Source of the DNA: the human T2T-CHM13v2.0 reference genome, Homo sapiens
Strand: one strand, 5' to 3'
DNA: 64,000 nt
NCBI RefSeq assembly: GCF_009914755.1
Contig: NC_060947.1
The position numbers and the translations under genes were made by a program. Of the stretch, positions 46,868 to 63,407 are shown piece after piece. Below the pieces are notes generated by a model, which did no database searches, had not been told where the DNA came from, and saw only the letters and a program-made list of their open reading frames with translations. How positions within the stretch are numbered: position 1 is the stretch's first letter; each line of letters starts with the position of its first letter.

Positions 46868-47647
46868 GACTGTGGGATGAGGGTTTAGGATAACAGTAAC
46901 AATCGACTAATACTGCTAGATCTTTACATACTTTATACTTGATTTCACAAAATCCTCGTGGCAACCCACAGAGGACTGTACAGCTGAGGAAACCAAGGCA
47001 CAGATAGGTTAAGTGCTTTTCCTAAGGTCCACAGCTAGTAAGTGGCAGAGCCAGGACTGGAATAAGTCAGAGCACAACTCTCAAGCCCCTGCTCTCTTAA
47101 CACCTGGGTGTGAAAGGTGGAATGGTGTCATAGCAAAAGCACCAGGTAGACAATCAGGAAACGAGGGGCTTGGTGTTTACCAGTGTTGCCACTAACTAAT
47201 GGGTATCATCACTTAGACAGTCTGGGTCTCAGTTTCCCCACTTGTAAAAGACATAGGAGGTGGCAAGGTCAATTGAAACTTCAGTGATAATGCCAAGGTT
47301 TGGTTTGGGGGGCTTTAGGCCCCCCATAATCCCCATCAGCACTCTCATAGCCCAAATAAAAGACATGTAATAAAAATAGTGTACTATGCAAACAAAACAA
47401 GAAAAGTCCCCTCACCAACATGGTCCTCACTTCCCACACACGTGTAATCAGATTACCATGTCTGAATCTCTTCTTTATAGAAAGGAATTCTAGAGCAACA
47501 CTGCTCAGCAGTCTCTTCTGGCTTAAGTCATTCATTCATTCATTCAACAAACATGTATTTTATGCATATGGTATCAGTGAGGATAGCCTAGGTTATTCTG
47601 CAGTAACAAACAACCCTCAAAATCTCAGTGGTTAGTATAAACAAAGG

Positions 47648-47952
47648 TGTTTTGTTTGTTTGTTTTTGTTTTGTTTTGTTTGAGATGGAGTCTCACTCTG
47701 TCACCCAGGCTGGAGTGCAGTGACGTACTCTGTAACTTCTGGCTCTGGGTTCAACAATTCTCCTGCCTCAGCCTCCCGAGTAGCTGGGATTACAGGTGTG
47801 TACCACCACACCTGGCTAATTTTTGTATTTTTAGTAGAGACCGGGTTTCACCCTGTTGGCCAGTCTGGTCTCAAACTCCTGACCTCAAGTGATCTGCCTA
47901 CCTCGACCTCCCAAAGTGCAGGGATTACAGGCATGAGCCACCGCGCTTGGCC
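47648..47952 (-). mobile_element. Alu (AluS) inside an MLT1J-type LTR (~47572-48285)
   Basis: Reverse-complement Alu; flanks have CTAGGTTATTCTGCAGTAACAAACAACCC. Confidence 0.9.
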
Positions 47953-49619
47953 AAAAACATTAATTTTTTTACTCACACTACATGTGCATCATAGGTTAGA
48001 AGGGGGTGTTTACTTATTGCAGTCAATCAGGGATCCAGGATGACTGAGTAGCCACCTTCTCAAACATTGCTGGTTGCCGAGCTAGAGGGAAAAGAGAGCT
48101 CTGGACCACAAGTATTTAAATGCTGTAGCCTAGAAGTGGTGTACAACGCTTCTGCACCCAACTCATCAGCTGGAACTGTGCAAATAGTTGCACCCAGACA
48201 CAGAGGGCCAGGAAATGCAGCCCTAGAAGGGCCTGCGAAGTGAAGAGTTGGAAATACTTGGTGAACAGCACCGATGACTACCACACCTACTACATGCCAG
48301 ACCCGGGGCAGATGAAGATGGGCAAGATGCAGTCCCAGCCCTATAGTCCCCCCTCACAATCAAACCAGAGAAGTCTCTGGTGATGCAATTCTACCTCCAT
48401 GGTATAGGCTTTGGTGGATCTAGGTGAGAAACCAATCACTGCCAACTTGAGTGAAGTCACTGTGTGATACAGCATTTTTTTTCTGGAACATTGTGTTAGT
48501 TGCAATGGTGGTGAACCTATTGCACAACGGATGAGATAAATAAATCACACACTGTCTCGTGGGAGGCAAAAAGGCCCTCTCTTGGGAAAACACTGAATGA
48601 AGACAGTTGGACATGTTGTCATTCTCTTCAATGAAAGTTACAAATGGCAGTTTAATGAAAAATGAAACCAGACCTTGGCCTCAACCAAGATGAGGAAGGT
48701 GGGACCAGCCCTTTTTGAGAATGTGTTCCAAGTTAGGAAGAGCTGGTGGCCCTGTGCCAACACAAATAACCCGAAAATCCGGAGGAAACTAAAGGCAGCA
48801 CAGTCAATCTGCACGCTGGGATTAGTTTGTGAAACTCACCACCACCCTGCCTGGCAGTGAGTGAGCCCAGGGCTTGGGGGTTGGAGTAGGGAGTTGAGGG
48901 AGGAGGGCAAGCACATGTGGCTCTTTAGTAGTGAGAAGAGACAACTCTCAGGGCCAGGTCACATCTAGCTCAGTCCAAATTTGAACAGCAATGGCCCTTT
49001 TTGTTTCTTGGAGGAGTCCATGAACTCCTGGCCGTGCGATTTTAAACCAAATCTCTTGCTTTTCCTGTCTCTGAAACCACAGGGCACATTTCAGGAGAAA
49101 ATTCTGGACAGACACATCCCTATAGCACCCTAGTTTGCCTTCTCTATCCGTTTTCCCCTAGAGGAAGATACTTCGAGACTATGCAAATATCCTGTTTCTC
49201 CTCCAACCTTCTCCCACTAATTTTAGCATCCATCGGTAGATCATGCATGCAACAATTATTCCTGTGGTGTTCTAAAGGCGATTTTCTATTTCCCTCATTC
49301 CTTCTATGTGAATTCATTGGAATCCTTCTATAGGGAAGAATTCTCTCCCATTTATTTATTCAATTATTTATTTATGTCAATATGAATTCATGGACAAGGA
49401 GTTTAGTCTTTGGGTTAGAATCCAATGTTGTTATTATTGACTTTATTGTCAGTGTCCCAGCTTCAGTCATTGCAAGCTCTTTCAGGCTGGCTCCTGTGTC
49501 TCCATTCTTTCTTGAGCACTTTCTTACTTTCTGGCACCATAATATGCTCCAGGCTCATTTGTATATTACCCTATTGTTTTTTTCATTTCACCTAAGAATA
49601 TGCCTCATTTTAAGTCCCC

Positions 49620-50059
<440 letters not shown>

Positions 50060-50860
50060 TAACCAATTCTCCAATCAAGGACCCACTGCATAAAGTAATG
50101 CTCCATTTTATTTGTACTAAGTTGCTTTTCTCAAGTTGTAACAGTTATGCTACCTGGATCTAGAGTTTTGGAATTTGGGGGAAAAATGCCTGTTAACTTA
50201 ATTACATCCGTCATCATATTAAAATATTTTTGTTATGCCCATTGGCTTCATACTTCCTTAGTTTCATCTGTCGTTACAACATTTTTGGCTATAAGGATCA
50301 GAAACCACAAATCCACTGGTTTAAATCATAAGGAAATATATTGTTCAGGGAACAGGAAGGCCAGAGGCATAGTGCAAAGATTCTGGCTCCTTTTTGCTGT
50401 GGTCCTTTCAGCTCTGCCCTCGCCCTGGTTTTCCTCATGGTCATATGCTGGCAGTCAGTGGCAAAGAAGGCAACACAATACCTTGGCTGTGTGCATCAAG
50501 AGGGATAAGAGAAGGGGCAGGAGGGGGAAAAAAGAAAACACCTCTCCAACTGTGGAGTAAATAACTTTCCTTTCAGTCTGATTGGGCCAAAGTAGGTCAC
50601 ATGACCACCTCTGGACCAATTACAGATGCCAGGGGAAGGCCAGAAATGGATTGGCTTAAGCCTGGGTTCAGGAACCAATAATTATCAAGGGGAATGTGAT
50701 TACCATGATCCGTGAAGACCGATGGTTCTCCAATGTCAGGCTGCATCAGAATCACCAGGAAGGCTTGTTAAAATACAGATTGCTGGGCCGGCCCCAGCCT
50801 CAGAGTTTCTAATTCAGTAGTCTTGGGTGATGTTTGGGAATTTACATACCTGATTGTACA

Positions 50861-51169
<309 letters not shown>

Positions 51170-51325
51170 TCATTTCTAACAAATTCCCTAGTGATGCTGA
51201 TGTTGTTAGTCTGGGAACTACCCTTAGAGACTAATTCTGCAGCTGGGGATGGGATCAGTGGACCCTGAGTCACATGGGCTGCATGGAGGTGGGATGCAGG
51301 GAGGAATGGGTTCAGGGTAGACCAC

Positions 51326-51675
51326 TGTTATGGTCTGAATGTTTGTGTCCCATAAAAATTTTTTATGTTGAAACCTAATCATCAATGTGATAGTATTAGG
51401 GAGTGGGGCCTTTTAGAAGTGATTAGGTCATGAGGCCAGAGCCCTCATGAATGGGATTAGTGCCCTTAAAGAAGAGACCCAAGAGAACTAGCCATGTGAG
51501 GACACAGCTAGAAGGTGCCATCTATGAACCAGCAGGCCCTCCCTACACACGGAATCTGCTGACACCTTGATTTTGAATTTCCCAGCCTCCAGAACTGTGA
51601 GCAATGAGTTCTTGTTGTTGATATAAGTACCCAGTCTAAGGCAATGTGTTGTAGCGGCCCCAATGGACTGAGACA
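51326..51675 (+). mobile_element. MST-type MaLR solo LTR
   Basis: TGTTATGGTCTGAATGTTTGTGTCCC...GGACTGAGACA; 5-bp TSD (A/G)CCAC. Confidence 0.88.
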
Positions 51676-52501
51676 GCCACCCACTGGTGTCCACTGGATT
51701 AGCACGCGTCAAATCTCAATGTGCACATGAGCCACCTAGGAGTCTTGTTAAGATGCAGATTCTGTTTCAGTAGCTCTGAGGTGGGGCCTGCGATTCTGCA
51801 TTTCTATTGAGCAATGCTGATGCTGCTGGTCCATGGACCCCACTCTGATGGGAAAGATACTCCACTGCCCTTTCCCTTCTTCAAATCCTCCTCTGCTCTC
51901 TCATCTATTGATTCTACAATGATCTGCCAATCCCGGGATGCCAGACAGCATCCTATGTCCTTCCCTCCACTGAATTCCCAAAGCCCTCACCATCTGCAGC
52001 ATTCATTAAGCACGGATGACTCATGGCCTTGAATGTTGGATTTAAGTCACAGTTTTCATCTTCAACTAGAATATAAGGGCCTTGAGAGCAAGCCCTGCTG
52101 CCTCATTTTTTCCCCCTAAGTCTTCATGCCTGTATCTAGGTAGACTAGATGTATTTGTCAAATAAAGTTAGGCTATGCTGCAGTAACAAACCTGAAATTC
52201 AAGGGCTTCACTCCACAAAGATGGATTTCTCCTTACATGAAGTCTGAGGCAGGACAAGATACCTCTCTCTACCTTAAAGGTAAGGCATCAGGAACATGTA
52301 CTCCCAAGATGGCTGAGGCAGGGAAGAGAAGGGTGGGAGAGGCACTGGGCTTTTAAATGCCTTGGTCCAGAAGTGACACATATCACTCCTGCTCATGATT
52401 GATTGGCCAGTCCTAATCCTGTGGCCCCAATGTAACTGCAAGGGAGGCTGGGAAATGTAGGAAAGCATATGGAATATTTGATACCAACCATGCCATAGTA
52501 G

Positions 52502-52829
<328 letters not shown>

Positions 52830-53124
52830 TAGTAGTTACTTCTTGATTGATAATTTGAGTCTCTTTCTCATGGTCTTTCCTAGTTTCAGTAGATCTTTCT
52901 TGAGAGTTCATCACCAAGACCACAGCAGATTCCAGTAATGTCTTCCCTGACCAACCTATTTATACTTTAAACTCCTTCCCTCACTACTCCTGGCTGAATC
53001 GCTGTTTCCCTGCTTAGTTTTTCTCCATAGCACTAATCACCAACTAACACACATTACTTCTTTTGTTTATTGTTTGTCTCCCAAAAAGACAAGTCAGGAG
53101 GTAAGTTCCATGAGGCAAAGTCTT

Positions 53125-53503
<379 letters not shown>

Positions 53504-54536
53504 TAGCACATAGTTGATATTCAATCATTATTAATGAATTAATGTGTGGATCATGGATTTCTGTGAGAGGAGGTCATGCTTTTGTTTTGCTTTGTTTTTT
53601 AACCAGTGCCTTCCTGGATGACATTGGCCACGCTGGAGTAGATGTAGTATATACTGACTATCAAAAGCTTGCACTATCTAACGTTGGTGGTGCCAGCAAC
53701 TTCTCTTGGTCTTTTGCTCTGCTCCTTCCTTTGCCCATCTGTACACTCAAGAGTAGGAGAAGAAGAGACTAAAGAGAAAGCGTCAGAAATATTGGTGCCA
53801 AGCCCTTTCATCTCTTAGGTTTGCCTCTGGATGGACCACGTCCCCGGGGCAGGCTGGGCAAATCACTGGAAAGCAGCCTACTAAATCGAGTTTCCAGGGC
53901 CACTCTGGGACACTGCTGCTCTCTCTGTCCACCTGAAAAAGAAAGTTCAAAACCACAAGTTACTCTCCAAGTCACCAGGTTAGGTGCCCAGTTTCCCTCT
54001 GAGGATCTGCTGCCCTGGCAAGAACAATCAAATCCCTTTCTTGCAATTGGAGAGGCGAGGCTCTTAGGAATAACTTCAGCCCCATGCCTTTTGTTTCATC
54101 CTCCTATTCCTCCACTCCACAAAGCGAAATATGATAGTAGCAGAGTTTCTGTAGCTTTTCTAAGAAATTCCTCTTTGCTGGCACATAAAAAGGACTCTCT
54201 TGGATTTCTGCCATTGGCTGTGGAGTTTTAACACATTGTTGTTGGCTCATCTGGGGAGCCAAGATGAGTAAAATATTCTCCAAACTCCTGTGGAAACACA
54301 TAGCAAGTGTTTCCAACCATACTGTATTATTTGACCCAAAATATTTTCCCCCCTCCTCTTTGCCAATCCATGTGTTACTTCCCTCAATACTCCAAGTGGC
54401 CCTCCTTCCCCAAACCCAACAGCTCTTGGATTACTAAGAGGGTCTGGGGCCACACTAACTCATTTTGTGACCTTCAGCAAGTTAACTCCCTTTTCTGGGC
54501 CTCTGGTTTCACATCTCATGGAAAGGATGTATTAGA

Positions 54537-54722
54537 ACAGTGTTTCTCAAACTTTAGAGCCGATCAAAATCATCTAGAGGGCTTGTTCAAACTCATTGCT
54601 GGCTCCACCTCCAGACTTCCTGATTCAGTAGTTTTGGGGAGGGACCCCAGGAGTTACATCTCTAACAAGTTCCCAGACGAGGCTGACGCTGATGGTTCAG
54701 TGACCACACTTTGAGAGCCATT
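54537..54722. mobile_element. MER5A (hAT)
   Basis: CAGTGTTTCTCAAACTTTAG...CATCTCTAACAAGTTCCCAG...CACACTTTGAG. Confidence 0.8.
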
Positions 54723-54852
54723 GTATTAGATGAACTCAGAGGTTCTTATAGCTTGTTCATTCCATGAGTCTAGGATCAGTCTGAGTCAGGGCTCTTTTGG
54801 TCACAAGTGACAGAAACTTGACTCAAACTAGCTTAAGTAAGAAAGCGAATTT

Positions 54853-55126
54853 GGCTGGGCACCGTGGCTCACACCTGTAATCCCAACACTTTGGGAGATT
54901 GAGGAAGGAGGATCACTTGAGGCCAAGAGCTTGAGGTTAGCCCGGGCAACATAGCAAGACCCTGTCTCTACCAAAAATAAAAAATTAGCTGGACATGGTG
55001 ATGCATGCCTGTGGTCTCAGCTACTCAGGAGGCTGAGGCAGAAGGATCACTTGAGCCCAGGAGTTGGAGGCTGTAGTGAGCTATGATCACACCACTGCAA
55101 GAAACAAAAAGAAAGAAAGAAAGAAA
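54853..55126 (+). mobile_element. Alu (AluJ-like, 3' deletion) inside an MLT1-type LTR
   Basis: Alu body ends CCACTGC then A/GAAA tail; TSD-like AAG(C/G)GAATTT. Confidence 0.9.
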
Positions 55127-56581
55127 GGGAATTTATCAGCTCACATATCCGGGAAGGACAGAAGTGGAGTGGATTCTGGATACAGGAATTCAAATGATGT
55201 CATTGGATTTTTTTGTTACTTTCTTTTCCTTTCGTCCTCTTCCTCTCCCTTCCCCCTGCCTCCTACCTCTCAGCAGCTGGTCCCCATATTTCTCCACAAG
55301 GGTTTATATTGGCCCTGGTAGCAATCCTAGAGAAGAAAGAGAACTCTTGATCCCTGGTTCAGTGTATATTCATCCCAGAGACAGACTCTCCTTGGTCTGG
55401 CTTGAACCATCATATGGTGAGGAGAATGGAGCATTGTGATTGGCTAAGCGTAGGTCACACGCCTCCTCTTGAAGTCAAGGACTAGGATATTAATGATGGG
55501 CAGATTCCTTTTTATATTATAACCTCTAGATCTGTCTTGTTCATTGCCATATTTTCAAGTGCCTAGAGCACAGCAGGTGCTTAACAAATATTTGTCAAAT
55601 GAATGACTCAATCACTTCATGAATAGTGTAAACTATTAGTGAATCCAGCGATCTTCAAAATTGGTGATTCTATGCACTCTGGGGGTAGATGTGAAATTTC
55701 TTGAGATTTTCACAATTTTTTTTCTGTACCCAATGAAAGTACAGTTTGTTGCTCTTTTTTTTTTTTTTTTTCCCTTCCAGTGGGGATGAGAGACATTATG
55801 CTAAAGCCCAGCACATCCACCACCCCTGACATCCTTCTGGGTTTCTGAGGCGAATTCTGATCCTGAAAACACAGTCATATATCTTTTTGCATCAGAATAA
55901 TGTAAATTCATTCTAAATTAGATCCTCTTTAGTCTCTTTTAATGAGTATCCTATAGGCTTTTGTGGGTTTATCACTTAATAAGGTCTATTTTTCTACAAA
56001 GAGAAACAACTCCTCCCAACCCCAGACTGTATTACAGTAGCTGCTTTTTAGGATATTTGCTGAATCTCAGGACCTGGGTTTTTTTGTTTTTTTTTTTTTT
56101 TTTTAAATCACAAACACTGACCCTTTGGAGGCCTCAGTGTCCTCATTTGTAAAAGAACAGGGCTGACTTAGATCAGTGGTACTCAGATTTGGCTACCCAT
56201 TGGAACCACCTGGAGAGGTTAAACAAATTATTGATGCTTAGATCCCATCCTCAGAGAATCAGATTTATATGGTGGAGGCATCTGTATTTTTTAAAACTCT
56301 GTAGGTGAGTCTAAGGTGCCGCCAGAGTTGAGAACCACTAGCTAGATAATTCTAATTTTAAAATGTAGACAAAGTCATAATGCCAGCCTGACTGCTGGGG
56401 CAAATTACTTCATCTCCTTAGTACTTGGTTTTCTTCTCTATAAAATGGAGATATTAATCGTACATAAGGTTATTGTGAGGTTGAAAAGAGATGATCCAGC
56501 TAGAACCTTGCCATTCAAAGTGCGGTTCATAAACACAGTGGTATGTGCATAAACTGGGTGCTTTTTAGATATGCAAAATCC

Positions 56582-56902
<321 letters not shown>

Positions 56903-57629
56903 GCAGAACCCAAACCTAAGACAAGAATTTGACTGTAAGTAGTTACAACTAATGAGTGGATAAACAAAATGTGGTAGATCTATACAATAAAATATTGTTT
57001 GGCCATAAAAAGGAATGAAGGGATTAAAAAGGCTTTCAAAATTGTAAAGCCCCACACAAGGTGCTTCCTTTTAGGTTATTTCTATAGGCTAGCAAAACAT
57101 CTGTCAGTTACCAACCTTGGTCCAATCTAAGAGTCAATAATGGCTGCTGATATCCATACCCCTGAGGACAGGGGCCTCAATATGTGAATGAATGAAGAAG
57201 GTCACCAGCGAAGACCCTCCCCACTTCTTTGCCCACCTCTATGAGGGCAGAAGTCCCTTTGGGACTTGCCTATGAAAGTTACGGATATTCCTTGTCTTTA
57301 GTGAAGAGAATGATAACAGCTGGCCTTCTGGCTTCTTGCTAGTTTGAGTGTGGTTTTGGAACCAGGATTGACATCAACACCTGGGAGCTTGTTTGAAGTG
57401 TAGAATCTGAGGCCCTCACTCCACACCTCCGGCATCAGAATTGGGATTTTGATAAGATTCCCAAGTGACTCGTATGCACATTAAAATTTAAGAAACACTG
57501 TTCTAGATAGTTTTACACAATATCTTCCTAGTCTATATTTTAAAAAATTGATTTAGGAGAGGAGAGTATTGATACCTTCTCCTGAATTTCTCTCCCCTCA
57601 AAATGAATTTTTAGAACCTCAAAGCTTGC

Positions 57630-57833
57630 TTTTTTTTTAAATTATATTTTAAGTTCTAGGGTACATGTGCACAGCCTGCAGGTTTGTTACATATGTATAC
57701 ATGTGCCACGTTGGTGTGCTGCACCCATTAACTCATCATTTACATTAGGTATATCTCCTAATGCTATCGCTCCCCCCTCCCCCCACCCCATGACAGGCCC
57801 CGGTGTGTGATGTTCCCCACCCTGTGTCCAAGT
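57630..57833 (-). mobile_element. L1PA 3' end (~200 bp, 5'-truncated)
   Basis: TTTTAAGTTCTAGGGTACATGTGCACA...; TSD TAGAAC(C/T)TCAAAG(C/T)TT. Confidence 0.95.
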
Positions 57834-58375
57834 AGAACTTCAAAGTTTTAATGTTTTTCATTTGCCCTCATGTTTGGGAAATGCTTTTCCCTTCATTTTC
57901 CCCCTTATTTACTCATTTTTAGTCATACATTTTATTCATCATTCCACAAAGTGATTCTTTGAAATAAGAGGACGACGTAAGACTGTTCCTCAGAGTCCCC
58001 TGGGACTATGCTAAAAACCATCACACCCCTTATGAGGCAACTAACTTCTCATTGTCAGTGCAAAGCTGTGTCCTCAAGGATAGCTTTTGCATGCAAAAAT
58101 ATTATTCAGAGGCTAATGTAGTTCTTGGAAATACCATAATATTCAATTCAAATGCAACTAACAAACTTTAAAACTGAAATCCTTCTTAAATTTTTAAGTT
58201 CAACTCGCAAATACCATTGTTTTCTTTATAAATACAATTTCGTTTTATCAATAATTTTACAGACACTTTCATAATTAAGCTCTTTTAAATCATTTATATC
58301 AAATTTGTACTTTTAACATATTTTATTTTCTGTGAAGGTACATTGTTCCCTAACAAGTTCCTTAAGAATGTCACT

Positions 58376-58707
<332 letters not shown>

Positions 58708-58969
58708 CTAAATAAGTTCTTTCAAATGTCCTAATACTGTTGACAAGCATGATAAACTGGTCATAACAAGCCTAAATCAATTAATTACTCACATATATAT
58801 TTTAACTACAAGCACAAGGCTAACTTGTTAGATAATCAAATAATCAAAATTATCTTGGACATTGCAAGTAAATATACACAGAGAATTCCCACATGTAACA
58901 CAAAAATATGAATACTATAGGTTTGGCATATTTATCTCTATACTTAACTGTAGTTTTTCTTAGGGTTAA

Positions 58970-59405
<436 letters not shown>

Positions 59406-59879
59406 CTCCCATTGGATTCTGCATATTGGTCAGGTTTTTTCTGGCTAGATGGTCAAGTTCTAAAGTCATTCTAATGCCAATTATAGTAAGGAACATATAT
59501 ATTTATATAAATAAATTAGTAAAATTATGCTATAATAAAGTATTTAATAAAATTATACATAATATATAATATATGGTATATAGTACATATATATTATCAT
59601 ATATATTATATGTATTAATATATAAATAGTGCCAAGCACTGACGTTTTATTTTACATTTATTAGTGCTCTAGACATGAGAACTATGGCTTAAACTGCTGA
59701 TAGGCTCTTGCAAATCTCTCTCATTGATCAACATTGTCTATTCACTCATTCAGCAAGTATTTATTACTTATTGTCAGATACTGCGGAGGTGCTGGGGATG
59801 AAGAGGTAACCAGGATATACACAATCTCCACTCTCATTGACATTACACTCCCACTCTAGGGCTGTTCTTAGGATTAAAT

Positions 59880-59998
59880 TATATATATATATATATATAC
59901 ACACATATATATATACACACATATATATACACATATATATACACATATATATACACATATATATACACATATATATACACACACATATATATATATAT
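59880..59998. repeat. Compound (TA)n/(CA)n repeat with a 12-bp unit ATATATATACAC
   Basis: Directly visible, next to an Alu tail. Confidence 0.98.
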
Positions 59999-60293
59999 TT
60001 TTTTTTTTTTTTAGACAGCGTCTTATTCTGTCACCCAGGCTGGAGTGCAGTGGCGCCACTTCGGCTCACTTAACCTCCGCCTCCTGGGTTCAAGTGATTC
60101 TCCTGCCTCAGCCTCCTGAGGAGCTGGGATTACAGGTGCGTACCACCATGCCTGGCTAATTTTTTGCATTTTTAGTAGAGACGGGGTTTCACCATGTTGC
60201 CCAGGCTGGTCTTTAACTCTTGACCTCAGGTGATCTGCCCACCTCAGCCTCCCAAAGTGCTAGGATTACAGGTGTGAGCCACCACGCCCGGCC
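59998..60293 (-). mobile_element. Alu (AluSx-like)
   Basis: Reverse-complement Alu. Confidence 0.95.
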
Positions 60294-61617
60294 AGCCCTT
60301 TATACTTCGTAAATTACCATGCAAATTCTAAAGACTCAGGCACACATAAGCTATCGTGGCTTCAAGTGGGAAGCCTTTGCCTCTCTGGGATGTAGAGCCA
60401 TCTCAGGGTTGAATTCTATAAAGTTACAATTCTTTTTTCTCTATGACAAATATCACAAAAGAACTTGGTTGCACTGCTCTTGAGTGTGGCTGAATCGGGT
60501 AGACACAGCCAGTAAGAGAGGCTCTGCCATCTTCAGCCTGTAGTTCTCCAGGTTGCCCTGGGGTCCAATAGCCAGCTGTTAGATGGAGGGAAGGGAGAGA
60601 AGAATGTGAATGGGTAGTTGTTACGGGTCACACCTGGGTGGTACATGTCATTTTCGCTTGCATTTCATTGGCTAGGCTAGAGCTCAGTCATATATGGCCA
60701 TAGCTAACTGTAGGGAGGCTGGGAAATGCAGCCTGCCTAGGTGCCCAGGAGGAAGAGGATCTAGTTTTAGTGACCAGATAGCCACTCTCTAATGCACCTG
60801 CTCACACATGATTAATTATAGTGGACAGGATTATATGAAAACCCTGGACTATGCATTTTGAATCTTAATAGTTGATTCATTTTATACTCCAAAGCTTAAG
60901 ACTTACATTTAAAGGGAAAGATAAAATGTTTTATTAGTTAATTTTCCAGGGCAACTCTCTTTGCCTCTTAGAGCCGGAGTTTTTTCATCCATAAAAGAGG
61001 GTGTTGAAATAATAAAGATTAGAGCATAAAGTAATAAAACAGAAAATATAAAAATGAGAAAAATCAATGAAATCAAATGTCTCTTCAACAAGATCAACAA
61101 AGTTCTTTGACAAAGAAGCTATACTGACCAAGAAAAAAAGAGGGAAGAATCGAATTACTAAAATCAGAAATGAAAGGAAGGGGTCATTATTACAGACTCA
61201 AGAAGAAATAAAAAAATGTGAGTAGACCTGTAACAAGTAAAGAGACTGAATAACCAATCAAAAAAACTCCCCTCAAAGAAAAGCCCAGGCCCAGATAGCG
61301 TTACTGCTGAATTCTACCAAATATTTAAAGAAGTAATACCAATTCTTCACAAACTCTTCCAAAAACCAAAGAGGAGGATACACTTCCCAACTCACTCTAT
61401 AAGGCTAGTATTACCCTGATAACAAAACTAGACTAAGACATCATAAGAAAAGAAAACCACAGACCAGTATCTCTCCTAAATATAGATGCAAAGATCCGCA
61501 ACAAAACTAATCCAGCAACATATTAAAAGGATTGTACGTGATTTATCCCAGAAATGTAAAGTTTGTTTAACATCCAAAAATAAATTACTGTGATACACTA
61601 TATTAATAAAATAAAAA

Positions 61618-61974
<357 letters not shown>

Positions 61975-62109
61975 TTAAATGCTTTCATGATAAAAATACT
62001 CAAATCCTTTCACGATAAAAAATATTCCACAAATTAGGACTAGAATGGAACTTTCTCAACCTGATTTTTAAAAAAACTATGAAAAACCAACAGATAACAT
62101 CATACTTAA

Positions 62110-62400
<291 letters not shown>

Positions 62401-63407
62401 GTCTGCTCTTGATACTTCAATTCAACATTGCACTGGAGGTTCCAGCCAAGAACATTAGGCAAGAAAAAGAAATAAAAGGCAGCCAGGTCAGAAAGAAAGA
62501 GGCAAAATTATCTCTAATCACAGATAACATGAGCTTGTATATAGAAAATCCCAAGAAATCCACTAAGAAACCACTAGAACTAATACGCAAGTTCAGAAAA
62601 GTTGAGGCTAAAAGATCAATATACAAAAATCAATCGTATCTCTATATACTTGCAGTAAACAATCAAAAAATGAAATGAGTAAAATAATTCCACTTACTAT
62701 ACCATCAAACAAAATAAAACACTCAGGAATAAAATTAAAGAAAGAAATGTAAAACTCATAGTCTGAAAACTATAAAACACTGTTGAAAGATCTAAATAAA
62801 TAGACAGACAACGATGTTCATGGATTGGGAAAATTAATATTGTTAAGATGGTAATCGCCCCCAAGTTGACCTACAGATTCAGTGTAATCTCTACCATAGT
62901 CTAGACTGGCTTTTTAATAGAAATTGACAAGCTAATCTGAAGATTCATATGGGAATGCAAGGGATCCAGAATAGCCAAAACAATCTTGAAAAAGAAGAAC
63001 AAATTTAGACTCAAACTTACCAATTTCAAAACTTACTGCAAAGCTATGTTAATCAAGACAGTGTAGTATTAGCATAAGGACAGACATATAGATCAATGCA
63101 ATAGAAGAGTCCAAAATAAACTCTTATATTTATGGCCAATTGATTTTCAACAAGAGTGCCAAAACAATTCAATAGGGCAAGAATCGTCTATTTCAACAAA
63201 TGGTGCTGGGACAACTGGATATCCACATGCAAGAACTAAATTGGATCCCTACTTTATACCATATACAAAAATTAACTCAAAGTGGATCAAAGACCTAAAT
63301 ATTAGAGCTAAAATGATGAAACTCTTGGAAGAAAACATAGGCCTAAACCTTCCTGGACTTGGATTGGGCAATGATTTCTTGGATATGATATCAAAAGCAC
63401 AAACAAC

